A stretch of DNA of 64,000 nucleotides. Source: Chitinophagaceae bacterium. Lineage in GTDB: Bacteria > Bacteroidota > Bacteroidia > Chitinophagales > Chitinophagaceae. This document shows positions 56,289 to 64,000 of this stretch, one piece after another. The first letter of the stretch is position 1. Every line of letters starts with the position of its first letter. Under the pieces are notes generated by a model, which was not told where the DNA came from, ran no database searches, and saw only the letters and a program-made list of their open reading frames with translations. Location of the stretch: positions 24,204-88,203 of the forward strand of contig JAOAGO010000003.1 in the NCBI GenBank assembly GCA_026415715.1, read 5' to 3'. The translations under genes and the position numbers were made by a program.

Positions 56289-58556
56289 ATGTTGTTTGAC
56301 CTGGATGTAATTCAAAAAGTATATGCTTCGCTGCCCGAAAAAGTGAATGCTGCCAGACGATTGCTGGGCAGACCCATGACGCTGAGCGAAAAAATTTTAT
56401 ACAGCCATCTTTCGGGTGCGCTGCCCGAAAAGCCTTATGAGCGGGGAAAAGATTATGTGGACTTTGCGCCTGACCGAGTTGCGATGCAGGATGCCACTGC
56501 ACAAATGGCCCTGCTGCAGTTTATGACCTGCGGAAGAAATAAAGTGGCGGTGCCCACAACGGTGCACTGCGACCATCTGATTCAAGCTAAAGCGGGCGCC
56601 AAACAAGACCTGGCCGCCGCACTGGAAACCAACAAGGAAGTGTACGATTTTCTTTCCAGCATTTCCAACAAATACGGCATCGGATTCTGGAAACCCGGCG
56701 CCGGTATCATTCATCAGGTTATTCTGGAAAACTATGCCTTTCCCGGCGGCATGATGATTGGCACCGACAGCCATACTCCAAACGCCGGCGGACTGGGAAT
56801 GATTGCCATTGGCGTGGGGGGCGCCGATGCCGTGGATGTAATGGCCGGACTGCCCTGGGAACTGAAAATGCCGAAGCTGATTGGCGTAAAACTGACCGGA
56901 CGACTGAACGGCTGGGCATCGCCGAAAGACGTGATTTTGTGGGTGGCCGGACAACTGACGGTAAAAGGCGGCACCGGAGCCATTGTGGAATATTTCGGTC
57001 CGGGCGCAGACAGCATCAGCGCTACCGGCAAGGGCACCATTTGCAACATGGGCGCCGAAATTGGCGCTACCTGCTCCATTTTTGCCTACGACGAAAAAAT
57101 GAGCGCCTACCTGAAAGCTACCGGCCGTGAAGAAGTGGCTGCCCTGGCCGACGCCATTAAAGAGCACCTGCGTCCTGACGACGATGTGTATGCCCATCCC
57201 GAAAAATATTACGACCAACTGCTGGAACTGAACCTGGATGAACTGGAGCCTTATGTAAACGGCCCCTTTACGCCCGACCTGGCTACGCCGATTTCCAAAC
57301 TGAAAGAGGCCGTAGAAAAAAACGGCTGGCCTCCGCGCCTGGAAGTGGCCCTGATCGGAAGCTGTACCAACTCGTCATACGAAGATATCAGCCGCAGCGC
57401 TTCCATTGTAAAAGATGCGCTGGAAAAAGGGCTGAAAGCGCAATCGGAATTTACCATTACCCCCGGCAGCGAACAGGTGCGCTACACGATAGAGCGTGAC
57501 GGATTTATTAAACTGTTTGAAGAAGCCGGCGGGGTGGTGCTGGCTAATGCCTGCGGCCCCTGCATAGGCCAATGGGCCAGGCATATAGACGACCCGAACC
57601 GCAAAAACACCATCATCACTTCATTTAACCGAAACTTTGCCAAGCGCAACGACGGGCTGGCTTCAACGCATGCTTTCGTAGCCTCGCCCGAAATAGTTAC
57701 CGCCATGGCGCTGGCGGGGACCATAGCGTTTAATCCGCTGAAAGATAAAATTAAAAACAGCCGGGGCGAAGAGGTGATGCTGAAAGAACCTCAGGGGTAT
57801 GAACTGCCGCCCAAAGGTTTTGCGGTGGAAGACCCGGGCTATCAGCCGCCCGCCGAAGACGGCAGCAACATAGAAGTCATAGTACGGCCCGACAGCGAAC
57901 GCCTGCAACTGCTGCAACCCTTTCCCGCCTGGGAAGGCACTGACCTGAAAGGACTGAAACTGCTGATTAAAGTAAAAGGCAAATGCACCACCGACCATAT
58001 CAGTATGGCAGGCCCCTGGCTGAAATACCGCGGCCATCTGGACAATATCAGCAACAACCTGCTCATCGGCGCCGTGAATTATTTTAACGACAAAACCAAT
58101 CTGGTAAAAAATCAGCTTAGCGGCAACTATGGTCCCGTGCCTGAAACCCAACGGGCTTACAAGGCCGCCGGCATTGGCACCGTGGTGGTAGGCGACGAAA
58201 ACTACGGCGAAGGGTCATCCCGCGAACATGCCGCCATGGAGCCCCGCCATCTGGGCGTAAGAGCCATACTGGTAAAAAGTTTTGCCCGCATTCACGAAAC
58301 CAACCTGAAAAAACAAGGTATGCTGGCGCTCACCTTTGCCAACAAAGACGACTACGACAAAGTGCAGGAAGACGACACAATAGACATTCTGGGGCTTACG
58401 GAATTTGCACCCGGCCGCCCGCTCACCATCGTACTGCATCACAGCGACGGAAGCCGCGACGAAATTCCTGCACTGCACTCGTACAATGAGCAACAAATTG
58501 AGTGGTTCAAAGCCGGCAGCGCCCTCAATCTTATCCGCAAACAGATAAGCGGATAA
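56289..58556 (+). CDS. acnA: Aconitate hydratase (monomeric ~755-aa type)
   Basis: Aconitase family motifs include Fe-S ligand contexts IGSCTNSS and [10 protein letters not shown], plus the C-terminal swivel domain. It is visibly richer in G+C and C-ending codons than neighbouring genes. Confidence 0.93.
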   Translation: MLFDLDVIQKVYASLPEKVNAARRLLGRPMTLSEKILYSHLSGALPEKPYERGKDYVDFAPDRVAMQDATAQMALLQFMTCGRNKVAVPTTVHCDHLIQAKAGAKQDLAAALETNKEVYDFLSSISNKYGIGFWKPGAGIIHQVILENYAFPGGMMIGTDSHTPNAGGLGMIAIGVGGADAVDVMAGLPWELKMPKLIGVKLTGRLNGWASPKDVILWVAGQLTVKGGTGAIVEYFGPGADSISATGKGTICNMGAEIGATCSIFAYDEKMSAYLKATGREEVAALADAIKEHLRPDDDVYAHPEKYYDQLLELNLDELEPYVNGPFTPDLATPISKLKEAVEKNGWPPRLEVALIGSCTNSSYEDISRSASIVKDALEKGLKAQSEFTITPGSEQVRYTIERDGFIKLFEEAGGVVLANACGPCIGQWARHIDDPNRKNTIITSFNRNFAKRNDGLASTHAFVASPEIVTAMALAGTIAFNPLKDKIKNSRGEEVMLKEPQGYELPPKGFAVEDPGYQPPAEDGSNIEVIVRPDSERLQLLQPFPAWEGTDLKGLKLLIKVKGKCTTDHISMAGPWLKYRGHLDNISNNLLIGAVNYFNDKTNLVKNQLSGNYGPVPETQRAYKAAGIGTVVVGDENYGEGSSREHAAMEPRHLGVRAILVKSFARIHETNLKKQGMLALTFANKDDYDKVQEDDTIDILGLTEFAPGRPLTIVLHHSDGSRDEIPALHSYNEQQIEWFKAGSALNLIRKQISG

Positions 58557-58604
58557 TTGCAAAAGCTGACTTGTTGGCGTTAAAACACCGGAAGAATTTT
58601 TTTT

Positions 58605-58850
58605 GAGGGGCTGTCATCGGCCCGCCTCCGGCCCGCCTGCGGCCCGCCTGCGGCGGGCAGGTTCTCTGCTCAGCTGCAGTTCCGGCTGCTTCGGGCTTCG
58701 GTACGCCTGCGGCGTACTACCCCTCCGCATCCGGCAGCCTTTCGGCGATAGCAATTCTTATCAACCTCACCCCCCTGCCCCCTCTCCTTTAGTAGAGGGG
58801 AGAACGTGAAATTATTTATTAAAAGAAAATGATTTTTAAGGGGGTGAGGT
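58605..58850 (+). repeat. GC-rich intergenic element, copy D
   Basis: Head GGGGCTGTCATCG at 58607-58619, an 11-nt unit CCCGCCTSCGG x3 at 58621-58653, GCAGCCTTTCGGC at 58734-58746, and a tail with ACCTCACCCCC (58764-58774) / GGGGGTGAGGT (58840-58850) enclosing hairpin CCCCTCT/AGAGGGG (58779-58800). Confidence 0.7.
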
Positions 58851-58922
58851 AAATCTGTTTCCGAAGAAATCTCTGATAGCAGTTTGGGGAAATCTACTGT
58901 TTTATAGGCTTTTTCAACAGAA

Positions 58923-59559
58923 CTAATAAGCTTTTAAATTCCGGGCTTTAATCTTGGCTATCTCCCCCTCCTGATGCAACACCCCTATGCCCCGCTCTAC
59001 CGCCATCTCCTCCACCTCCGACGGAATGGACATCCCCCCTATGGCCAAATACACTTTATGACGCTTGTACTGTGGAAACAGTGCTCGAAACGTTTTTTAA
59101 CTTCCTCGTGTATAGTTCGGTAATGTCTTTCGGGTGTGCTTTATGCTTTATCTCAATAAGCGCCACACTGTCGCCGTTTACCAGCAACAGGTCAAACTCC
59201 CCTGCCAGCTTGCCCGACTTCTTATACACACGCCGTAATACTTCATCAAATTTAATACCTGCCAACTCAGGCTTTTTCTTAAACGTATTATAAAAAAGCT
59301 CCTCCGCCGTTTGCCCCAAGTTTATTCCTATATTGCTGAGAATCTTAGCGGTTTCTTTCAGCTTCGCATCTGTCTTGGAAAACTGTGCATCTGTCTTGGC
59401 TAATTGCGCATCCGTCTTGGGTAGTTTCGCATTAGTCTTGGCTAATTGTGCATCAATCCGCTCCTGTGCCGCACGCAATTTCGCTATCTGCGCATCGGTT
59501 TTTAGCTGGTTTTCCGACACCTTTTTTAAAATAGCGTGTATTTCTTCAAATCCTTTCAT
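58923..59559 (-). pseudogene. Frameshifted coiled-coil + PD-(D/E)XK-like nuclease-fold gene
   Basis: The N-terminal ORF (59056-59559) has heptad repeats and a D...E-x-K pattern (FDLLLVNGDSVALIEIKHK). After the A6 run (complement of T6 at 59093-59098), the +1 frame continues KTFRALFPQYKRHKVYLAIGGMSIPSEVEEMAVERGIGVLHQEGEIAKIKARNLKAY to the stop at 58923-58925. Confidence 0.6.
59361..59465 (-). repeat. 21-nt tandem repeat (x4-5) inside the coiled-coil coding region
   Basis: GCATCTGTCTTGG recurs at 59366, 59387, 59408 (GCATCCGTCTTGG) and 59429 (GCATTAGTCTTGG), with a degenerate copy at 59450. It encodes (A)KTDAQL(A)-type heptads. Confidence 0.8.
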
Positions 59560-59749
59560 AATCTTATTTACAAAATTAACAAAAAAATTTAAGGAAAAAG
59601 TTAACCATTACACCAATTCATTATCCAGTACTAATGGAGCGCTAATGCGCAACAGCCCTGCCCCCAAAAATTGTAGGTAATCATTTTCGGGCGGATTTTT
59701 GGAAAAAAATTTCTGAAAAATTGCACTTATTTGTTGAACACAGCTTTGT

Positions 59750-60706
59750 TTATGATTCCCAAATCAGTGCGCTGGCGCCGAGAATGGCGGCATCGGATTC
59801 GGGAAGTTCACTGAACATCAGCTTTACTTTTCCTTTAAATATCTGAATCAGATGGGCTTCCATGGCTTCCCGTGTGGGTCGCATAATCAAATCACCGGCT
59901 TTGGTGAGTCCGCCAAAAAGAATAATGGCTTCCGGCGAGGAAAACATCACAAAGTTTGCCAGCGCTTCGCCTAAAATTTGTCCGGTAAACTGAAAAACTT
60001 CATTGGCAATTTTATCGCCTTTTGTGGCGCACTCATACACCGTTTGGCTGGTAATCAGGTCGTTGATGGAATAATCGCGGAGCAGGCTTTCCACGTCGGG
60101 ATTTTCAGTCAGCATTTCGAGGGCCGTTTCCCTTACGCCGGTTGCGGAGGCATAAGCTTCCAGCGAACCGCGGATGCCCGTGCCTTTGTGCAGTCGTCCG
60201 CCGGGCCGAACAATCACATGTCCCAGCTCGCCGGCAAAACCGTCATGACCCAGTAAAATTTTTCCGTCAATAACTATACCGCTTCCCACGCCGGTGCCCA
60301 GTGTAATGACGATAAAGTGTTTCATTCCTCTGGCGCAGCCGTACATCATTTCGCCTACGGCCGCTGCGTTGGCATCGTTGGTGAGGCGGGCCGGTAAACC
60401 GAATTTTTCTGAAATCAGTTTGGCCAGGGGAATAATTCCTTTCCATTTCAGATTCGGCGCATATTCAATGGTGCCGGTATAATAGTTTCCGTTTGGCGCG
60501 CCGATGCCGATGCCGGCAATATTTTTTTTACCGGCTTCTTCTATCATTGGTTCCAGTTTTTCAGCTAATTCTTCAATGAAATCCTGCACCTGATCATGTT
60601 TGCTGGTCAGCAGGCGATCCTGCACAACAATTTTTCCATCACGGCTTACGATACCGAATTTCGTGTTGGTGCCGCCGATGTCGATGCCGATTGCAAATTT
60701 TGCCAT
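59750..60706 (-). CDS. ROK family sugar kinase (glucokinase-like)
   Basis: Start at ATG 60706 (MAKFAIGIDIGGTNTKFG, ATP-binding motif). ROK-type GHDGFAGELGH region. The long upstream extension in the track overlaps the transporter gene and is rejected. Confidence 0.85.
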   Translation of the reverse strand: MAKFAIGIDIGGTNTKFGIVSRDGKIVVQDRLLTSKHDQVQDFIEELAEKLEPMIEEAGKKNIAGIGIGAPNGNYYTGTIEYAPNLKWKGIIPLAKLISEKFGLPARLTNDANAAAVGEMMYGCARGMKHFIVITLGTGVGSGIVIDGKILLGHDGFAGELGHVIVRPGGRLHKGTGIRGSLEAYASATGVRETALEMLTENPDVESLLRDYSINDLITSQTVYECATKGDKIANEVFQFTGQILGEALANFVMFSSPEAIILFGGLTKAGDLIMRPTREAMEAHLIQIFKGKVKLMFSELPESDAAILGASALIWES

Positions 60707-60716
60707 AGTAAACCGT

Positions 60717-62342
60717 TTAATGTCCGCCGCCGATTTGTGTGTCATAATCCAATCCTTGGCGCTTGAGTACTTTACGGGTTTGCCAGGCATGCCAGGCCAG
60801 ATACAGGAAGCAGGCAACAGCCAGATAATATGAATCATGGATGCCGATACGAGTATCGGCCAGCGCTCCCTGCGCCGGCGGAATAATGGCTCCTCCAAGA
60901 ATCATCATAATCAGAAAAGCAGACCCTTCACTGGTGTATTTTCCCAGTCCGGCAACGGCCAGCGCAAAGATGCAGGGCCACATCACGGAACAAAACAATC
61001 CGCCGCTCATGAAGGCGTAAGTTGCAACCATTCCTTTTGTAAAAATTCCGACCAGCATGGCAATGGCACCCAGGATACCCAGCGTAAGCAGGGTTTTGGC
61101 CGGTTTTTCCTGCCCGTAAAAAATGCCGGCAATCAGTACAAGAATGCAAAAGATATACAGGTAAAGATTACTAACTTCATTGCCACGCAAAATATTTACC
61201 AGCAAAATGATGCCGAATGCCACCACAGGAACGATAATGGTCAGCAGTTGCCTTGTCTTTTTTTCCAGGTTAAATACCGTAATGGCGCCCGTCCAGCGCC
61301 CGATCATCAGACTGCCCCAGTATAGCGAGATGAAAGAAGAAATATATTTTTCATCCATGTTACCGAAAGCTTCGGTTTTCAGCAAAGCTCCCATATTACT
61401 TTGAATGGTTACTTCCACACCCACATACACAAAAATGGCAACCATGCCCAGCACCAACTGCGGAAATTGCATGGCGCCCCAGCCGGTTTTGTCCCGTTTG
61501 GCCATTTCCATGGAAATAAATAAAATCAGCAGCGTGATGGCCAGCATGCCCATCACCATATAGGGCCTGACGGAATCGGAAAACAGGTTATTGGCGAATA
61601 GAAGAATGGCCGCCGGTATGGCTATCAGGATCAGGGCTACGGTGGCTTTCGGGCTTTTTTCAATATGCTCTTCGTTGGTTCCTTTTGGAAGTTTTTTGCT
61701 AACGGCAAAAAAGAGGGCCACAAGGGCAAACAAGGCCCCGAGTATAAGCCAGAGCAATTTGATATTTCCCAATGAAGGTTCTTTTCCGGTTCCTTTCAGG
61801 CTGCCAAACAAAACTATACTTACAATCAGCGGGCCGAGCAAAGTGCCGAATGAGTTTACTCCGCCTGCCAGATTCAGCCGGTGCGCACCGGTTGACGGGT
61901 CGCCAAGCGCCAGGGCAAAAGGCTGAGCCGCCGTTTGCTGAAGTGAAAAACCCAGGGCCACAACAAAAAAAGCCGCCAATACCCAACCAAACCGGGCGCC
62001 GGTATGTGTGGAAATAAAAGCAAGCAATACGGCCCCCAGCAAAGAAATAATCAATCCCCAGATAATTCCCTTTTTATATCCGATGCGGTTCAGCAGGTCA
62101 ATGCCGCGAAACTGGGAAATGAAATACAGAAACAAAGAACCGTAAAAATAAGCGCCGTAATAGGCCGTGTCAATGAGCTGCGACTGAAACTGATTCAATT
62201 GAAAATGCGTTTTGCAAAAAGGGATAAAGATGCCGTTTCCGGCGGCTACGAATCCCCAGAAAAAGAAAACGGTAATCAGTGTGGTCAGCGCTCCGTAATT
62301 GGTAGGTATCCTTTTTTCCGGATTCTCGTCAAATAATTTCAT
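60717..62342 (-). CDS. Sugar MFS transporter (glucose/galactose/fucose:H+ symporter family)
   Basis: 541 aa with 12 or more TM helices. N-terminal FFFWGFVAAGNGIFIPFCK is typical of the FucP/GluP family. It is longer than I would expect for the family. Confidence 0.8.
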   Translation of the reverse strand: MKLFDENPEKRIPTNYGALTTLITVFFFWGFVAAGNGIFIPFCKTHFQLNQFQSQLIDTAYYGAYFYGSLFLYFISQFRGIDLLNRIGYKKGIIWGLIISLLGAVLLAFISTHTGARFGWVLAAFFVVALGFSLQQTAAQPFALALGDPSTGAHRLNLAGGVNSFGTLLGPLIVSIVLFGSLKGTGKEPSLGNIKLLWLILGALFALVALFFAVSKKLPKGTNEEHIEKSPKATVALILIAIPAAILLFANNLFSDSVRPYMVMGMLAITLLILFISMEMAKRDKTGWGAMQFPQLVLGMVAIFVYVGVEVTIQSNMGALLKTEAFGNMDEKYISSFISLYWGSLMIGRWTGAITVFNLEKKTRQLLTIIVPVVAFGIILLVNILRGNEVSNLYLYIFCILVLIAGIFYGQEKPAKTLLTLGILGAIAMLVGIFTKGMVATYAFMSGGLFCSVMWPCIFALAVAGLGKYTSEGSAFLIMMILGGAIIPPAQGALADTRIGIHDSYYLAVACFLYLAWHAWQTRKVLKRQGLDYDTQIGGGH

Positions 62343-62517
62343 GGAAAATACGATTTGATTTTAACGCGTTGAAAGTAATACAAAAATTTAATTTGCAAAA
62401 AAAGGAGAATTTGTTTTGTGAATTCCGCGTTTGAAAAAAATCCTCTTACTTTTAAGGGAAAAATCTGACTGTTTTACTGAAGAATATATCAGCTGGCCAT
62501 TTCAACAAAATGAAAAT

Positions 62518-63942
62518 ATGGAAATACTTCATGTAGCGGCGGAATGTTTTCCGGTAGCAAAGGTTGGAGGACTGGGCGATGTAGTGGGTGCGCTTCCCAA
62601 ATATCAGGCCCGTGCGGGACATTTTGTAAAAGTGATTATACCGATGTATCGAACCCGTTTTCTTTACGAAAATCAGTGGGAACTGGTGCATGAAGGCGGA
62701 CAGCATATCGGGCCTTATCATTTTCACTACAGCATCATCAAAGAAAAAACCAACAAGCTGGGATTTGATATGTATTTGCTGGACATTCACGGGTTGCTGG
62801 ACAGGGAAAAAGTTTACGGCTATCAAGACGATACCGAACGATTTCTTGCCTTTCAGGTGGCCGTGTGCGACTGGCTGAATAAATGGCAACACAAAACCGA
62901 TGTGGTCCATTGTCATGATCACCACACGGGACTGATTCCCTTTTTTATGAAATATGCCCTGGAATTTCGTCAGAAACTTTCCGATATACCCACCGTTTTT
63001 ACCATACACAATGCACAGTATCAGGGCTGGATGAGTTGGGATAAATATTATCTGCTTCCGCCATTTGATACCTGGAAATGGGGTATGCTGGACTGGGACA
63101 ATATGATAAACCCTTTAGCGGCCGGAATTAAATCGGCCTGGAGAGTAACCACCGTAAGCCACAGTTATCTTGACGAACTGAAAAGCAACGCCAACGGATT
63201 GGAAAAACTGTTTGAATACGAAAAAGGAAAAAGCACAGGTATTCTGAACGGAATTGATACGCAGATATGGAATCCCGAAACCGATTCGCTTATCGTCAGC
63301 AACTATAACGAAGAAATAGTAACCGAGGGCAAACTAAAAAATAAAAAAGAACTGGCCGGCCATTTTGGGTTAGATCCGCAAAAGCCCATTATCTCTTTTA
63401 TCGGAAGACTGGTAGGTGAAAAAGGGGCCGACCTGTTGCCTGATGCCATCAGTCACGCTCTTTATCAGTATAACGGGGATATAAATTTTCTGGTGCTTGG
63501 TTCGGGCGAACCGCATCTGGAGCATACGCTTCATGAAATGAAGCATCGCTTTAGCGGATTTTACAATTCTTATATCGGCTACCACGAGCCCCTCAGCCAC
63601 CTGATATATGCCGGGTCTGATTTTTTGCTGATGCCGAGCCGCGTAGAGCCCTGTGGTTTGAATCAAATGTATGCGCTACGTTACGGCACAATACCTATGG
63701 TGCGAAGCGTTGGCGGACTGAAAGATACCGTGAAAGACATGGGCGAATGGCAAGGCTTCGGGATTCGCTTCCATCAGCCGTCGGTATGGGATATTTCTTA
63801 CTCGGTAGGGCGAGCCCTTGATTTATATTACAACCGGAAAGAACAATTTGACTGGATGAAAAAATTCAGTATGCAGATTGACCACAGTTGGGATAAATCC
63901 GCTCAACAATATATAGATTTGTACAAAAGCCTGAAATCATAA
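62518..63942 (+). CDS. glgA: Glycogen synthase (GT5, ADP/UDP-glucose dependent)
   Basis: Start at ATG 62518 (MEILHVAAECFPVAKVGGLGDVVGALPK, the KVGGLGDV motif). C-terminal PSRVEPCGLNQMYALRYGTIP. Confidence 0.88.
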   Translation: MEILHVAAECFPVAKVGGLGDVVGALPKYQARAGHFVKVIIPMYRTRFLYENQWELVHEGGQHIGPYHFHYSIIKEKTNKLGFDMYLLDIHGLLDREKVYGYQDDTERFLAFQVAVCDWLNKWQHKTDVVHCHDHHTGLIPFFMKYALEFRQKLSDIPTVFTIHNAQYQGWMSWDKYYLLPPFDTWKWGMLDWDNMINPLAAGIKSAWRVTTVSHSYLDELKSNANGLEKLFEYEKGKSTGILNGIDTQIWNPETDSLIVSNYNEEIVTEGKLKNKKELAGHFGLDPQKPIISFIGRLVGEKGADLLPDAISHALYQYNGDINFLVLGSGEPHLEHTLHEMKHRFSGFYNSYIGYHEPLSHLIYAGSDFLLMPSRVEPCGLNQMYALRYGTIPMVRSVGGLKDTVKDMGEWQGFGIRFHQPSVWDISYSVGRALDLYYNRKEQFDWMKKFSMQIDHSWDKSAQQYIDLYKSLKS

Positions 63943-63953
63943 ATAAGCGCTCT

Positions 63954-64000
63954 ATGGCGAATCAGATTACCAACTCCAGACAAATTCTTGCCGTAATATT
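63954..64000 (+). CDS. 5' end of an unidentified ORF (MANQITNSRQILAVI...), possibly glucose-1-phosphate adenylyltransferase
   Basis: ATG lies 12 nt after the glgA stop and only 15 codons are visible. The glgC guess rests on position and the ...ILAVI(LGGG) expectation only. Confidence 0.25.
   Translation, partial: MANQITNSRQILAVI

Noticed and set aside
56397-57218. 273-aa ORF on the minus strand inside acnA, plus several shorter ones up to 58562
   Set aside because: They are antisense shadow ORFs within the GC-richer aconitase gene. Their G/A/H-rich translations carry no domain signature.
59361-59465. Regularly spaced 21-nt repeats considered as a possible CRISPR-like array
   Set aside because: The units are contiguous with no spacers, are only 21 nt long, and are in-frame within a coding region encoding heptad repeats. 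No cas genes are present in the window.
60707-60898. 64-codon N-terminal extension of the ROK kinase ORF
   Set aside because: It overlaps the 3' end of the MFS transporter gene. The conserved ROK N-terminus (MAKFAIGIDIGGTNTKFG) begins at ATG 60706.
1-64000. Scan for CRISPR arrays, transposases, integrases, reverse transcriptases, toxin-antitoxin pairs or multi-gene defence islands
   Set aside because: No ORF translation in the track shows DDE/HUH transposase, tyrosine/serine recombinase, RT or Cas motifs, and there is no repeat-spacer array. The only mobile-looking items are the tiny GIY-YIG units and the GC-rich elements reported above.

Overview
The window looks like a core-chromosome segment of a Bacteroidota genome. 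Supporting signs are a T9SS-type C-terminal sorting domain, TAnnTTTG -7 promoter boxes, GIY-YIG minigenes next to a tRNA, and housekeeping gene content. Coding density is high and most genes are ordinary: gap (partial), rpe, a complete hisGDCBHAF-IE operon, pntAA/AB/B, clpB, acnA, folA, cinA, dacB, a 2-oxoacid dehydrogenase E2, and glgA with an MFS sugar transporter and ROK kinase. There are also several peptidases and methyltransferases, plus tRNA-Glu(UUC) and tRNA-Gly(CCC). I found no CRISPR array, transposase, integrase, reverse transcriptase or recognisable multi-gene defence island. Five things are not explained by ordinary annotation:

- **GC-rich intergenic elements.** A family of roughly 200-nt elements starts with GGGGCTGTCATCG. 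There are three clear and two decayed copies. Most lie head-first just after stop codons, and two inverted copies bracket acnA.
- **tRNA-Glu locus.** The 3' half of the tRNA, its terminator and a GIY-YIG minigene occur twice in tandem. The displaced tRNA remnant carries a GC palindrome inserted in its T-loop.
- **his attenuator.** A textbook-style leader peptide and attenuator lie ahead of hisG.
- **Frameshifted nuclease gene.** A coiled-coil/PD-(D/E)XK-like gene with 21-nt tandem repeats is split at an A6 run.
- **Unexplained spacer.** A 410-bp gene-free spacer between convergent genes ends in a strong + strand terminator.

All calls rest on reading the sequence and recalled family motifs. 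No searches were run, and repeat boundaries are approximate.
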